From assembly GCA_963700285.1 (NCBI GenBank), contig CAVOXA010000001.1:640001-704000 (forward strand): DNA of 64,000 bases, written 5' to 3'. The notes under the pieces were generated by a model that ran no database searches, was not told the origin of the DNA, and worked only from the letters and a program-made list of their open reading frames with translations. Shown here piece after piece: positions 26,001-33,257 of this stretch. This DNA is from an uncultured Chloroflexia bacterium (GTDB lineage Bacteria > Chloroflexota > Anaerolineae > JAAYZQ01). The first letter of the stretch is position 1. Every line of letters begins with the position of its first letter. Made by a program: the position numbers and the translations under genes.

Positions 26001-26789
26001 CCAGCCCGAGACCGGATTGTCGGTGTGCCCCTTCCAGCGCATCAGGATCCCCACGCCGGGTGACCCGGAGGACCCGCGGCTGTGAACAGTGACCGGTACT
26101 GTGACCTCATAGTCGGACCAGATCATATCGCCGATTGCCACCAGCCGATCATATCCCCGTATCTTGGTGCGGATCCCCTCCGGCGTCAGCTCCCACAACC
26201 CATCCACCACCTGCGCCACCTGTTGGATATCCGAGATTTCGCTCCAATCGATGGCATAGCGCACCGGCCAGACGTTGTCAGGCTCGTATTGAAGTGTCAC
26301 TGTCTGGGCAGACTGGTTGCCCTGAGTATCTTGAGCGACAATCACAACTTTATTTATGCCTGGATAGAGGTTGTTGCGGTTAAGCTCGATGTTGAAATCG
26401 CCCTTGGAGGCCAGCCTGCGGCCATCAGGGCCGACGGAGAGGGATTGTTGCGCGTCGCCATTTAGCGAGTACTTGAGAGACTTGACCCCGTTGTCGTCCG
26501 AAACGCGGCCCAGAATGCTGATCCGCCGTTGGGGGTCGCCCAGGTGGCCAAATACTTGGCTGGAGCCATACCAGACGTTGATCAGTGGCGGCACACCTGC
26601 GGCAGAGGTCTGGCTGTCGCCCGGCGCGGGACCGTCGGCGACGGCCTCGGATTCCAAAGGTTCGGTCATCTCAAACAAGAAGCCCGTCCCGCCATCCGCC
26701 AGTGTTACAGAAAGGCGGGGAGTGAGAAGCGCCAGTGTGCCTAGAACGGCAAGGATCCAGGCGACGGGTTTGGGTTTCCGCTGCTTCAT
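23070..26789 (-). CDS. Large secreted protein with InlB B-repeat-like modules and lectin/jelly-roll-like domains
   Basis: Signal peptide MKQRKPKPVAWILAVLG; about 6 repeats YxxGExVxLxA..GWxFxxWSGD; two near-duplicate FEGY...GRxGxWSYSSGSKYWDDL domains. Confidence 0.8.
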   Translation of the reverse strand: MKQRKPKPVAWILAVLGTLALLTPRLSVTLADGGTGFLFEMTEPLESEAVADGPAPGDSQTSAAGVPPLINVWYGSSQVFGHLGDPQRRISILGRVSDDNGVKSLKYSLNGDAQQSLSVGPDGRRLASKGDFNIELNRNNLYPGINKVVIVAQDTQGNQSAQTVTLQYEPDNVWPVRYAIDWSEISDIQQVAQVVDGLWELTPEGIRTKIRGYDRLVAIGDMIWSDYEVTVPVTVHSRGSSGSPGVGILMRWKGHTDNPVSGWQPKSGWYPLGALGWYRWYDSGGKRFHIYGNHKRLLDSTNSKKLELNVPYVLKMRVETKPGKGGFYRLKMWRADEPEPSGWDLKGQEALNDPQTGSFLLLAHQTDVTFGDVQVRPVGDVYALAIDTVGQGTVDREANSAAYAEGEVVRLSPLPAKGWVFENWSGADSDDLTDNGDGTWSLEMVRDRSVTANFGPGCYTLSLSVEPSDSGSVETSQPPNCGGSGYTWGTQLQLTARPEPGFTLGRWRGNLFGHASPEALKITGDMSVEAIFVQSAVSYEEDFEGYEPGSDPDGWYDTQADNSTVQDDGLFQVYDLGETRAFGTQSEQSNIHSHYVEAGSEGWSSFRYMGRMMITSQDSGVGVTFYSKYADEDVYYRLRRHDGTAFHLASHPHSSVALDGDTDTGVKPRPDVWYWFLIEIGNTGTQTEIRAKVWPEGTPEPEDWQVNARHGGSGRLTHGRIGVWSYSSGSKYWDDLLAHPVTPIQYWDLEVKGLSRGAVGVAPEQAQYADGQEVTLTATGEPGWRFERWGGDLSGSENPGTVTMDGDKIVEAVFVEETYTLRVEVTGDGAVEVSPEKETYGHGEKVELSALAGAGWHFAGWSGDATGSESSISITMDGDKRVAAAFSEGMYSLSIDTEGEGSVSKQPDKAVYRLDEKVTLAAEGKEGWRFDHWDGDLGGSDSPATVGMDGDKAVLAVFVMKEYTLTPTVVGGGRVTVTPQKAGYYFGDAVQVEAIADGGWVFTGWSGALSGLSNPATIEISGDAAVTATFEQVPWLYAVDFEGYAEAADPAGWYDTKAGNSMQQDNRLFKVYDLEGNKAFGTQSTQKNIHSHYVGAGSEDWSDLRFRGRMLMTSTASGLGVTAYSQYADRDIYYRLRRYGDTSFHLAPHPHGTVILEGDVDTGIKPEPNLWYWFVLEVEDAGSRTQVRAKVWPEGTEEPADWQVHAWYKDSGRLLNGRVGLWSYSSGSKYWDDLVVEPY

Positions 26790-26895
26790 TGAATTTGCCT
26801 CAATACGAGTGAGATGCGTTGATTCCGGGAGCCATTGTACCATCATCGCTGGGAGAAGGCAAGGGCGAAGGGGTCATGCAGGGGGTAAACCGAAT

Positions 26896-26933
26896 GGGCC
26901 GCCAGCCCCTGCAATTGCAAGGGCTGGTGGCCC
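26896..26933 (-). terminator. Terminator-like hairpin downstream of carD
   Basis: GGGCCGCCAGCCC...GGGCTGGTGGCCC. Confidence 0.5.
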
Positions 26934-27023
26934 ATCTTATGCTAGGCAACCTGGTTCCGGCTAGCGGATTCTAGGATTCGCCCAGGCCTGCTTGCCCAGA
27001 ACTCTCACATCCTATCGTTGCTC

Positions 27024-27527
27024 TTACTCCAGAATCCCCGCGACGGCAGCCGTCATCGTAGCCGCGATCAGCTCGCTCGCATCAGAGACGTCGTCGCCGG
27101 ATACCAGGGCCATCTCGGCCGCCAGCATTCCCTGTCCTTGTTTGAGGAGATCTGAGTCCCTCTTTGTGAGGTGGGCGCGGTCTCGGTGCCAGGTCAGATC
27201 GCGCACTACCTTGGCTACCTGCATCACCTTGCCCGTGCTCAGTTTCTCTCCTACTTGCTCCTGGCGCTCCTTAAAGTCGTCGGGCAATCGGCGGGGTTTG
27301 CTCCGCAGCGTGTTCAGTACCTGGGGGAGCCTGGATGGAAGCATGGCAGGCCTCAGCCCCAGTTCATCGACTCTGTGGACCGGGATCTGAAGGATCAGGG
27401 CCTGGTCCGGTATGTCGATCACATAGTAGCGCTTGATCCCATCCAGTAGTTCTTTGCGCTCAATGCTTGCCACCCGCCCCGGTCCATGGTGCGGATGTAC
27501 CACCCTATCACCTACCGAGTACTTCAT
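27024..27527 (-). CDS. carD: CarD family transcription regulator
   Basis: YSVGDRVVHPHHGPGRVASIE...YYVI...IPV...GLRP. Confidence 0.9.
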   Translation of the reverse strand: MKYSVGDRVVHPHHGPGRVASIERKELLDGIKRYYVIDIPDQALILQIPVHRVDELGLRPAMLPSRLPQVLNTLRSKPRRLPDDFKERQEQVGEKLSTGKVMQVAKVVRDLTWHRDRAHLTKRDSDLLKQGQGMLAAEMALVSGDDVSDASELIAATMTAAVAGILE

Positions 27528-27593
27528 GGCTTTCCCTCCTCTGGGCTCGTCCCAATATGCTCAACGCTCCGATCCCATGCCCGCTTTCGGGTC

Positions 27594-27809
27594 CTACTGA
27601 TATCTATTCAGGCGGCTCTCCATCTTTCCTTTGCGGTTTCGCTCTCGCCGTTTCGCTTTGCGCAGGGCGATGCGTCTCCGTTCACTGCTCGACATAAAGA
27701 AGCGCTTCTTCCTTACGTCGCTCATCACCCGTTCATTCTGGATCTTTTTTCCGAAACGTCTAAGCAGTTGTTCTTGCGACTCGTTCGTCCTCAATTCGAC
27801 GGTTGCCAA
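27594..27809 (-). CDS. rpsU: 30S ribosomal protein bS21
   Basis: VELRTNESQEQLLRRFGKKIQNERVMSDVRKKRFFMSSSERRR; GGAGG RBS with TTG start. Confidence 0.85.
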   Translation of the reverse strand: MATVELRTNESQEQLLRRFGKKIQNERVMSDVRKKRFFMSSSERRRIALRKAKRRERNRKGKMESRLNRYQ

Positions 27810-27895
27810 TTGACTAGCCTCCAGCTATGAATGAACATCCGAACCCGCTCTCATAGATGCCAAAGACCGAGTTCCCGAATACCGAATCTACCAAT

Positions 27896-28909
27896 CTACA
27901 GCGACCGAAAGCTCACCAACTTTTGGTGCTGCTCATCCCACAGGTTCATGCGCAACGAGTCCAAGCTTTTCCAAAAGGTGAGTGGCTGGACCGCCTGCAT
28001 GGCCGGGATCTCGTCGTAGCACGGTTGCAGATGATAGTTGGGAATGCGCGGTCGAAGGTGGTGGATGTGGTGCAGACCGATGTTTCCTGTGAACCACTGC
28101 AGTACCCTGGGCAGTTTGTAGTAGGAGCTGCCCTCCAGAGCTGCCTTGGTGGCGTCCCATTTGCCGTCGCGGGCCCAATACACGCCTTCGTATTGGTGCT
28201 GAACGTAAAAGAGCCAGATGCCCAGGGCTCCCCCGATGAGTATGATGGGCAGTTGGATCAAGGCGTAGGTATCCAATCCGATGGTCAGGCTGGCCAGTAC
28301 GATGATGGCCAGAATCGCCAGGTCCGTGATCAGCACACTATTGCGCTCTCGCGGCTTGGCTCCCTTCTGGGGAAAACGTTGAGCAATCAGAAAAGAGGCC
28401 GCTGGCCCCACGCCAAACAGGATCACGGGGTTCCTGTACACGCGATAGGCGATCCGCGTTCGCCGGGGAGCTGTCCGGTACTCCTCGACCGTCATGGTCC
28501 ACACGTCGCCGACCCCGCGCCGGTCCAGATTGCCGGCTGTGGCATGGTGCAGGGCGTGGGCACGGCGCCAACTATGGTAGGGTGTGAAGGTCAGGACGCC
28601 GGTGACATAACCCAATGCCGTGTTGGCCTTTGACGAGGCGAAAAAGGAACCATGGCCGGCGTCGTGGAAAAAGATAAAGATGCGGGCCAGCAACGTAGAG
28701 GCCAGGACGGCCAGGGCCAGGGTGACCCAGTAGGGCGACCCAGATTCGGCGGTGTAGATCATGAGAATCCAGAGGCCGAAGTAGGGTACAAAGGTGTTCA
28801 CCAGTTGCCAGAGCGCCTTGCGGTGATTCGGCTTCGCGAACCGGATGATATCCTGATACCAGGCTGGCTTGGGTGCACGTGGCTTGGTAGCATTTGAGTC
28901 CTCGGTCAC
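27896..28909 (-). CDS. Membrane fatty acid desaturase (Des-like)
   Basis: Three His boxes HDAGH, HALHH, HHIHH; GTG start behind GGAGG. Confidence 0.93.
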   Translation of the reverse strand: MTEDSNATKPRAPKPAWYQDIIRFAKPNHRKALWQLVNTFVPYFGLWILMIYTAESGSPYWVTLALAVLASTLLARIFIFFHDAGHGSFFASSKANTALGYVTGVLTFTPYHSWRRAHALHHATAGNLDRRGVGDVWTMTVEEYRTAPRRTRIAYRVYRNPVILFGVGPAASFLIAQRFPQKGAKPRERNSVLITDLAILAIIVLASLTIGLDTYALIQLPIILIGGALGIWLFYVQHQYEGVYWARDGKWDATKAALEGSSYYKLPRVLQWFTGNIGLHHIHHLRPRIPNYHLQPCYDEIPAMQAVQPLTFWKSLDSLRMNLWDEQHQKLVSFRSL

Positions 28910-29018
28910 GTCGTACCTCCTGGAAATGGCGCCCAATTCTGACGATTGGGGTGGCTGGTAGTTGTCCTGGCTCGGCCCGCGTACCAGGATGAACCAAGAT
29001 ACTGTTTGGGCTGAGCAT

Positions 29019-29051
29019 AGTCAGGGGGTACTGACCGCGTACCCCCTGACT
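29019..29051 (-). terminator. Hairpin downstream of degV
   Basis: AGTCAGGGGGTAC-loop-GTACCCCCTGACT perfect 13-bp stem. Confidence 0.55.
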
Positions 29052-29056
29052 CCCAC

Positions 29057-29926
29057 TTATGGTATATCGGAGAAGGCTGCCAGCGGTGCATAGGCCACCC
29101 CCACCATGCTCGGGCCCGTGTGGGCGCCCAGCACGAGAGACATCGAACCAGATGATAACCAAGTACAATCGAAACGCTGATCCACAAGATCTCGGAGCAT
29201 TTCTGCACCTTCGGGGTTCTGGGCGTGAAGCACCTGGACGCGCATGGCGCTGCCTTGCGCGTGCTGCTTGACCATGTGCTGGACTAGGCCCTCGACGGCG
29301 GCCTTAAAAGAACGCACTTGGCCAAGCTGCACGTAGGTTCCATTCACCTTCTCGACTCCGATCAAGGGTTTGAGGTTGAGCACCGAAGCGATCAATCCTT
29401 TCATGTGGCTGATACGCCCGCCGTGGATCAGATACTTGAGTTCCTTCAATGTATAGGCGCTGTCGCTGGCCGCGCCGATGCGCTCCATCAGTGCCAGAAT
29501 CTGCTCCATGCTCCAACCGGACTTTGCGGCCCGAGCAGCCGCTTCCACCTGCCAGCCGGACGCCGCGGACAAGGTCTTGGTATCGACGAGGGTAACGGTC
29601 GCGTCTGGTGCCAGTTGCGCTCCCGCTTGCGCCGAGTTGAACGTTCCGCTTAGCCCCGAAGTCATATGGATGGACAGGATATCCGGGTCGGCAGCCGCCA
29701 GGCGTTGGTAGACCTCGGCGAAATCCCCTGGTGATGGCTGCGAGGTGATAGGCAGGCTGTCGGTCGCTGCCAGCAAACTGTAGAACTCGTCCGGTTGGAT
29801 GTCCACGCCTTCACGATACGATTGGCCATCCAGAGTAACCACAAGGGGCACGGTGTGGATGCCCAAATTGGACTTGGTCTCCTGGGGTAAAATCAGGTCG
29901 ACGCCACTGTCGGTCACGATCTGCAT
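29057..29926 (-). CDS. DegV family fatty acid-binding protein
   Basis: MQIVTDS, TSQPSPGDF, SGLSGTFNSA, GGRI, LNLKPLI, AHTGP. Confidence 0.93.
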   Translation of the reverse strand: MQIVTDSGVDLILPQETKSNLGIHTVPLVVTLDGQSYREGVDIQPDEFYSLLAATDSLPITSQPSPGDFAEVYQRLAAADPDILSIHMTSGLSGTFNSAQAGAQLAPDATVTLVDTKTLSAASGWQVEAAARAAKSGWSMEQILALMERIGAASDSAYTLKELKYLIHGGRISHMKGLIASVLNLKPLIGVEKVNGTYVQLGQVRSFKAAVEGLVQHMVKQHAQGSAMRVQVLHAQNPEGAEMLRDLVDQRFDCTWLSSGSMSLVLGAHTGPSMVGVAYAPLAAFSDIP

Positions 29927-30001
29927 TATTGCGCTCCATGCCGAGCCCGCCAAGGGCTCGAAGTTCATGTTTCAAGATGCTGTGCGATAGCTGGTGTGCG
30001 G

Positions 30002-31657
30002 TCACACCTCTGTCAGCGCTACCGTCACCACCGGGTTGCGCTTGGTCTCCCGGTAGAAAAGGCTGGACAGAGCTCGCTCGACCTTTGCCTCCACTTGTGC
30101 TGGTGCGGTTCCCCGCTTGCCTGACGCGGCGGTGGAGACGATTTTTCCGGCCTGGGATAGTAGATCCTGCGCATCTGGGGTATAGACAAATCCACTCGTG
30201 ATGATGCGAGGCTGTCCCACTGTCTTCCCTGCTTGCCGATCGTAGAGGATTATGGCTGTCACAAATCCCCCCTGGGCCAACTCATCCCGTTGGCGCATTA
30301 CCGTCGGCCCTACCTCACCTACCCGCGAACCGTCCACAAAGACATAGTCGCCAGGAATCCGGTCTTCGATCTTTATTGTCTGCCCATCAAAGGTCAATGG
30401 GTAGCCGTTCTCGACGACGGCAATGTCCGTCTTGGCGATGCCTAGTTCATGGGCCAACTTGGCATGTGCTACCAGATGGCGAAGCTCGCCGTGGATGGGC
30501 ACAAAGAAACGCGGGCGCAGCATCTCGATTAGCTGCTTCAGATCTTCCCGACTGCCGTGGCCCGAGACATGCGCCTGGGCTTGGGGGCCATAGATCACGT
30601 CCGCACCCGCCTGAAAGAGCCGGTTGATGACGGCGTAGGTTGTCTCCTCATTGCCAGGGATGGTGTGCGAAGAGAGCAAAACCGTATCGCCTTCCTGGAT
30701 GCTCAGGGATCGGTGGGTATCGGTGGCCAGGCGGTTTAGGACCGCCAGGGGTTCTCCCTGGGAGCCTGTGGCCATGATTACGACCTGCTCGGGCGGCTGC
30801 CTGTCGATCTCGTCCAGGCCGATGAGCATGCCGGGCGGGATTCGAAGATAGCCCAGTTCGCGGGCCATTTGGGTATTCTCTACCATGCTCCGGCCGGCGA
30901 TGGCAATCTTGCGACCCTGCCGCTGCGCTACGTTTACCACCTGCTGGACGCGCGAAATCAGTGATGAGAAAGTGGCAATGATCACCCGGCCTGTCGCTTC
31001 CTGCATAATCTGACCCAAGGCACCATCCAGCGCCGCCTCGGAAGGTGTGGCCCCCGGCTGGTTGGCATTGGTGCTGTCTGAAAGCAGCGCCAGTACGCCG
31101 CGGCCACTGAACTCGGCCAGCTTGGCACTGTCGGTGGGCCAGCCATCTACCGGGGTGGGATCGAACTTGAAATCACCGCTGTGCACGATCAAGCCTGCCG
31201 GCGTCGTGATGCCCAGCCCGACAGAATCGGGAATGGAATGGCAGACGTGATAGGGCTCGATGGTAAAGGGCCCGATATTGACAATGTCGCCGGCGGCATA
31301 GGTATGGAGCTTGGTCTGCTCCAGTAGCCCTTCTCGCCGGAGCTTGATCTCGATCAAGCCGCGGGTCAGGCGGGTAGCGTATACCGGCACATCGAATTCC
31401 TGTAAGAAATGGGGTAGGGCACCGATGTGATCCAGGTGCCCGTGGGTGATGAGGACAGCGCGCAGGCGGTCCTTTCTTTCGCGCAGGTATTCCCAGTCGG
31501 GGATGATATAGTCAACACCCAACATATTGGCTTCCGGGAACATCATACCCGCGTCGATGACGATGATGTTGCGGCCATACTCAATACTTACCATGTTCTT
31601 GCCCACTTCTCCCAGGCCGCCGAGGGGCAAGATGCGTACTTCTTTACTCAGTTTCAT
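30002..31657 (-). CDS. rnj: Ribonuclease J
   Basis: PLGGLGEVGKN, THGHLDHIG, HSIPDS, GDFKFD, DSTNA, TGSQGEP, HVSGH, PIHGE. Confidence 0.96.
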   Translation of the reverse strand: MKLSKEVRILPLGGLGEVGKNMVSIEYGRNIIVIDAGMMFPEANMLGVDYIIPDWEYLRERKDRLRAVLITHGHLDHIGALPHFLQEFDVPVYATRLTRGLIEIKLRREGLLEQTKLHTYAAGDIVNIGPFTIEPYHVCHSIPDSVGLGITTPAGLIVHSGDFKFDPTPVDGWPTDSAKLAEFSGRGVLALLSDSTNANQPGATPSEAALDGALGQIMQEATGRVIIATFSSLISRVQQVVNVAQRQGRKIAIAGRSMVENTQMARELGYLRIPPGMLIGLDEIDRQPPEQVVIMATGSQGEPLAVLNRLATDTHRSLSIQEGDTVLLSSHTIPGNEETTYAVINRLFQAGADVIYGPQAQAHVSGHGSREDLKQLIEMLRPRFFVPIHGELRHLVAHAKLAHELGIAKTDIAVVENGYPLTFDGQTIKIEDRIPGDYVFVDGSRVGEVGPTVMRQRDELAQGGFVTAIILYDRQAGKTVGQPRIITSGFVYTPDAQDLLSQAGKIVSTAASGKRGTAPAQVEAKVERALSSLFYRETKRNPVVTVALTEV

Positions 31658-31706
31658 TCTCCTAAATCGTTCGTTCTGTTGTTCTGTGAATCGGGTTCAC
31701 AGAGAA

Positions 31707-31737
31707 GCGCGGACCGGATGGAAGCCGGTCCGCGCTC
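31707..31737 (-). terminator. Hairpin between RRM gene and rnj
   Basis: AGCGCGGACCGG...CCGGTCCGCGCT 12-bp stem. Confidence 0.5.
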
Positions 31738-31818
31738 CAGCGTGCTAGCTTGTGAGTTTCCCGCTAACCATAGATAGCGCTCCGTCTCGTTGTGGATCAA
31801 TACGAGCAGGTGCCATTC

Positions 31819-32106
31819 CTACCAACGAGGGCGACCCCGGTCACTCTGTCCCTGGTCGCGCTTTGGCTTGGCGTTGTCCACCTTGAGTTCTCTGCCGTCA
31901 ACCTGCTTGCCGTTCACGCTAGTCTTGGCCTCCTGGGCGGCTTCCTCAGTCGTCATCTCGACAAAGGCAAAGCCCCTGGATCGGCCTGAATAGCGATCGG
32001 TGACCAGATTGACCGTTTCGATCTCGCCATATTCGGCGAACAGCGTCCGCAATGTGTCCTCGGTTGTGTCGTAGCTCAGATTGCCTACGTACAGATTCTT
32101 GGCCAT
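31819..32106 (-). CDS. RRM RNA-binding protein
   Basis: RNP2 LYVGNL, RNP1 RGFAFVEM. Confidence 0.95.
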   Translation of the reverse strand: MAKNLYVGNLSYDTTEDTLRTLFAEYGEIETVNLVTDRYSGRSRGFAFVEMTTEEAAQEAKTSVNGKQVDGRELKVDNAKPKRDQGQSDRGRPRW

Positions 32107-32113
32107 GATGTGC

Positions 32114-32329
32114 CTACCAGCCTACCACAGTCACGTTGGTCGCCTGCAGTCCCTTTTGGCCCTGCTCGACGTTGAACTCGACGGTCTGCCCTTCCTCCAG
32201 GTTCCGGAAACCCTCACCCTGGATGGCCGAAAAGTGGACAAAGACGTCGTCACTTCCCTCTCGGGCTATGAATCCAAAGCCCTTGCCGCCGTTGAACCAC
32301 TTGACAGTACCAGTTTCTCTCTCAGACAT
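32114..32329 (-). CDS. Cold-shock protein
   Basis: [32 protein letters not shown]. Confidence 0.96.
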   Translation of the reverse strand: MSERETGTVKWFNGGKGFGFIAREGSDDVFVHFSAIQGEGFRNLEEGQTVEFNVEQGQKGLQATNVTVVGW

Positions 32330-32462
32330 GTTACACCTTTCGTAGATGTTGTTAGGAGGAAGGTACAGCCGGTCTTCGCACAGAAAAATGGCCCAGACTC
32401 GTAAAAGCCTGGGCGCTCATCGTCTTTGATCAAACCAGATTCTTACTTCATCCTACGCCTAT

Positions 32463-32491
32463 AGGATACCATATTCGCTCGATTCTGTCAA
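32463..32491 (-). promoter_or_regulatory. Promoter of cold-shock cluster
   Basis: TTGACA-17-TATCCT with TGn; gives a ~125-nt 5' UTR. Confidence 0.5.
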
Positions 32492-32510
32492 ACTGTAATG
32501 GGACCGTGGC

Positions 32511-33251
32511 CTATACCGCCTCGCCCTGCACTGCGTTCAGCCCGAGCCCCTGACGGAACATTTCGGCAAATGATTCGGGAAGACGGTTGGCGCGGATGGC
32601 AGCCACCATCTGTTCCACGTCATAGTTCACCCGGTGGTGCTGTACCTGGACCTCTTTCGGCCCAATCTGCAAGAGGGAGTAGTGGGCGCGAGGATCGCCA
32701 TCGACTGGCAACCCGACGCTGCCAGGATTAATGAACCAGATACCATCCACCTGGTGGGCAAAGGGCTTGTGGGTGCGACCACAGACGATGATGTTGGCCC
32801 TGGCCTCATGAGCCAAGCCCACGAGAGCCTCTGGCGGGTCGTTGGGTCCGAGGCTCTTTCCACCAAGACCGGGGCAGTCGTGGGTCAATAATACCCGTCT
32901 GCCTTTGGCCGTCATGCGCATCTCCCGGGACAGGAAGCGGAGGTACTTGTGGCTTTTCTTGGAGAGCTGTCCGTAGGCCCACTCGAGGGCCAGATACTCC
33001 TCCAAGCTTTTCTGTTTGCGCCAGCGTTCCTTACGCTTCTTGAATCGCAGGACCTGGTCGTCAAAGCTTCCGATCGTGTTGAGTATATCATCGCCCTGAA
33101 GCTGCTGGACCACCTCCTCGGGGAAGGCGCCGTAGCCCACAAGGTCGCCCGAGTTCCAGATCGCTTTGGCATCTTGCTCACGCGCATGGGCCAGTACCGC
33201 ATCGAGCGCCGGCAGGTTGGCGTGCACATCTCCGATCAAAGCAATCTTCAT
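32511..33251 (-). CDS. Metallophosphoesterase (YfcE-like)
   Basis: GDVHANLPAL, GDLVGYG, INPGSVG. The usual GNHD and GHTH motifs read GSFD and GRTH. Confidence 0.88.
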   Translation of the reverse strand: MKIALIGDVHANLPALDAVLAHAREQDAKAIWNSGDLVGYGAFPEEVVQQLQGDDILNTIGSFDDQVLRFKKRKERWRKQKSLEEYLALEWAYGQLSKKSHKYLRFLSREMRMTAKGRRVLLTHDCPGLGGKSLGPNDPPEALVGLAHEARANIIVCGRTHKPFAHQVDGIWFINPGSVGLPVDGDPRAHYSLLQIGPKEVQVQHHRVNYDVEQMVAAIRANRLPESFAEMFRQGLGLNAVQGEAV

Positions 33252-33257
33252 GAACCT

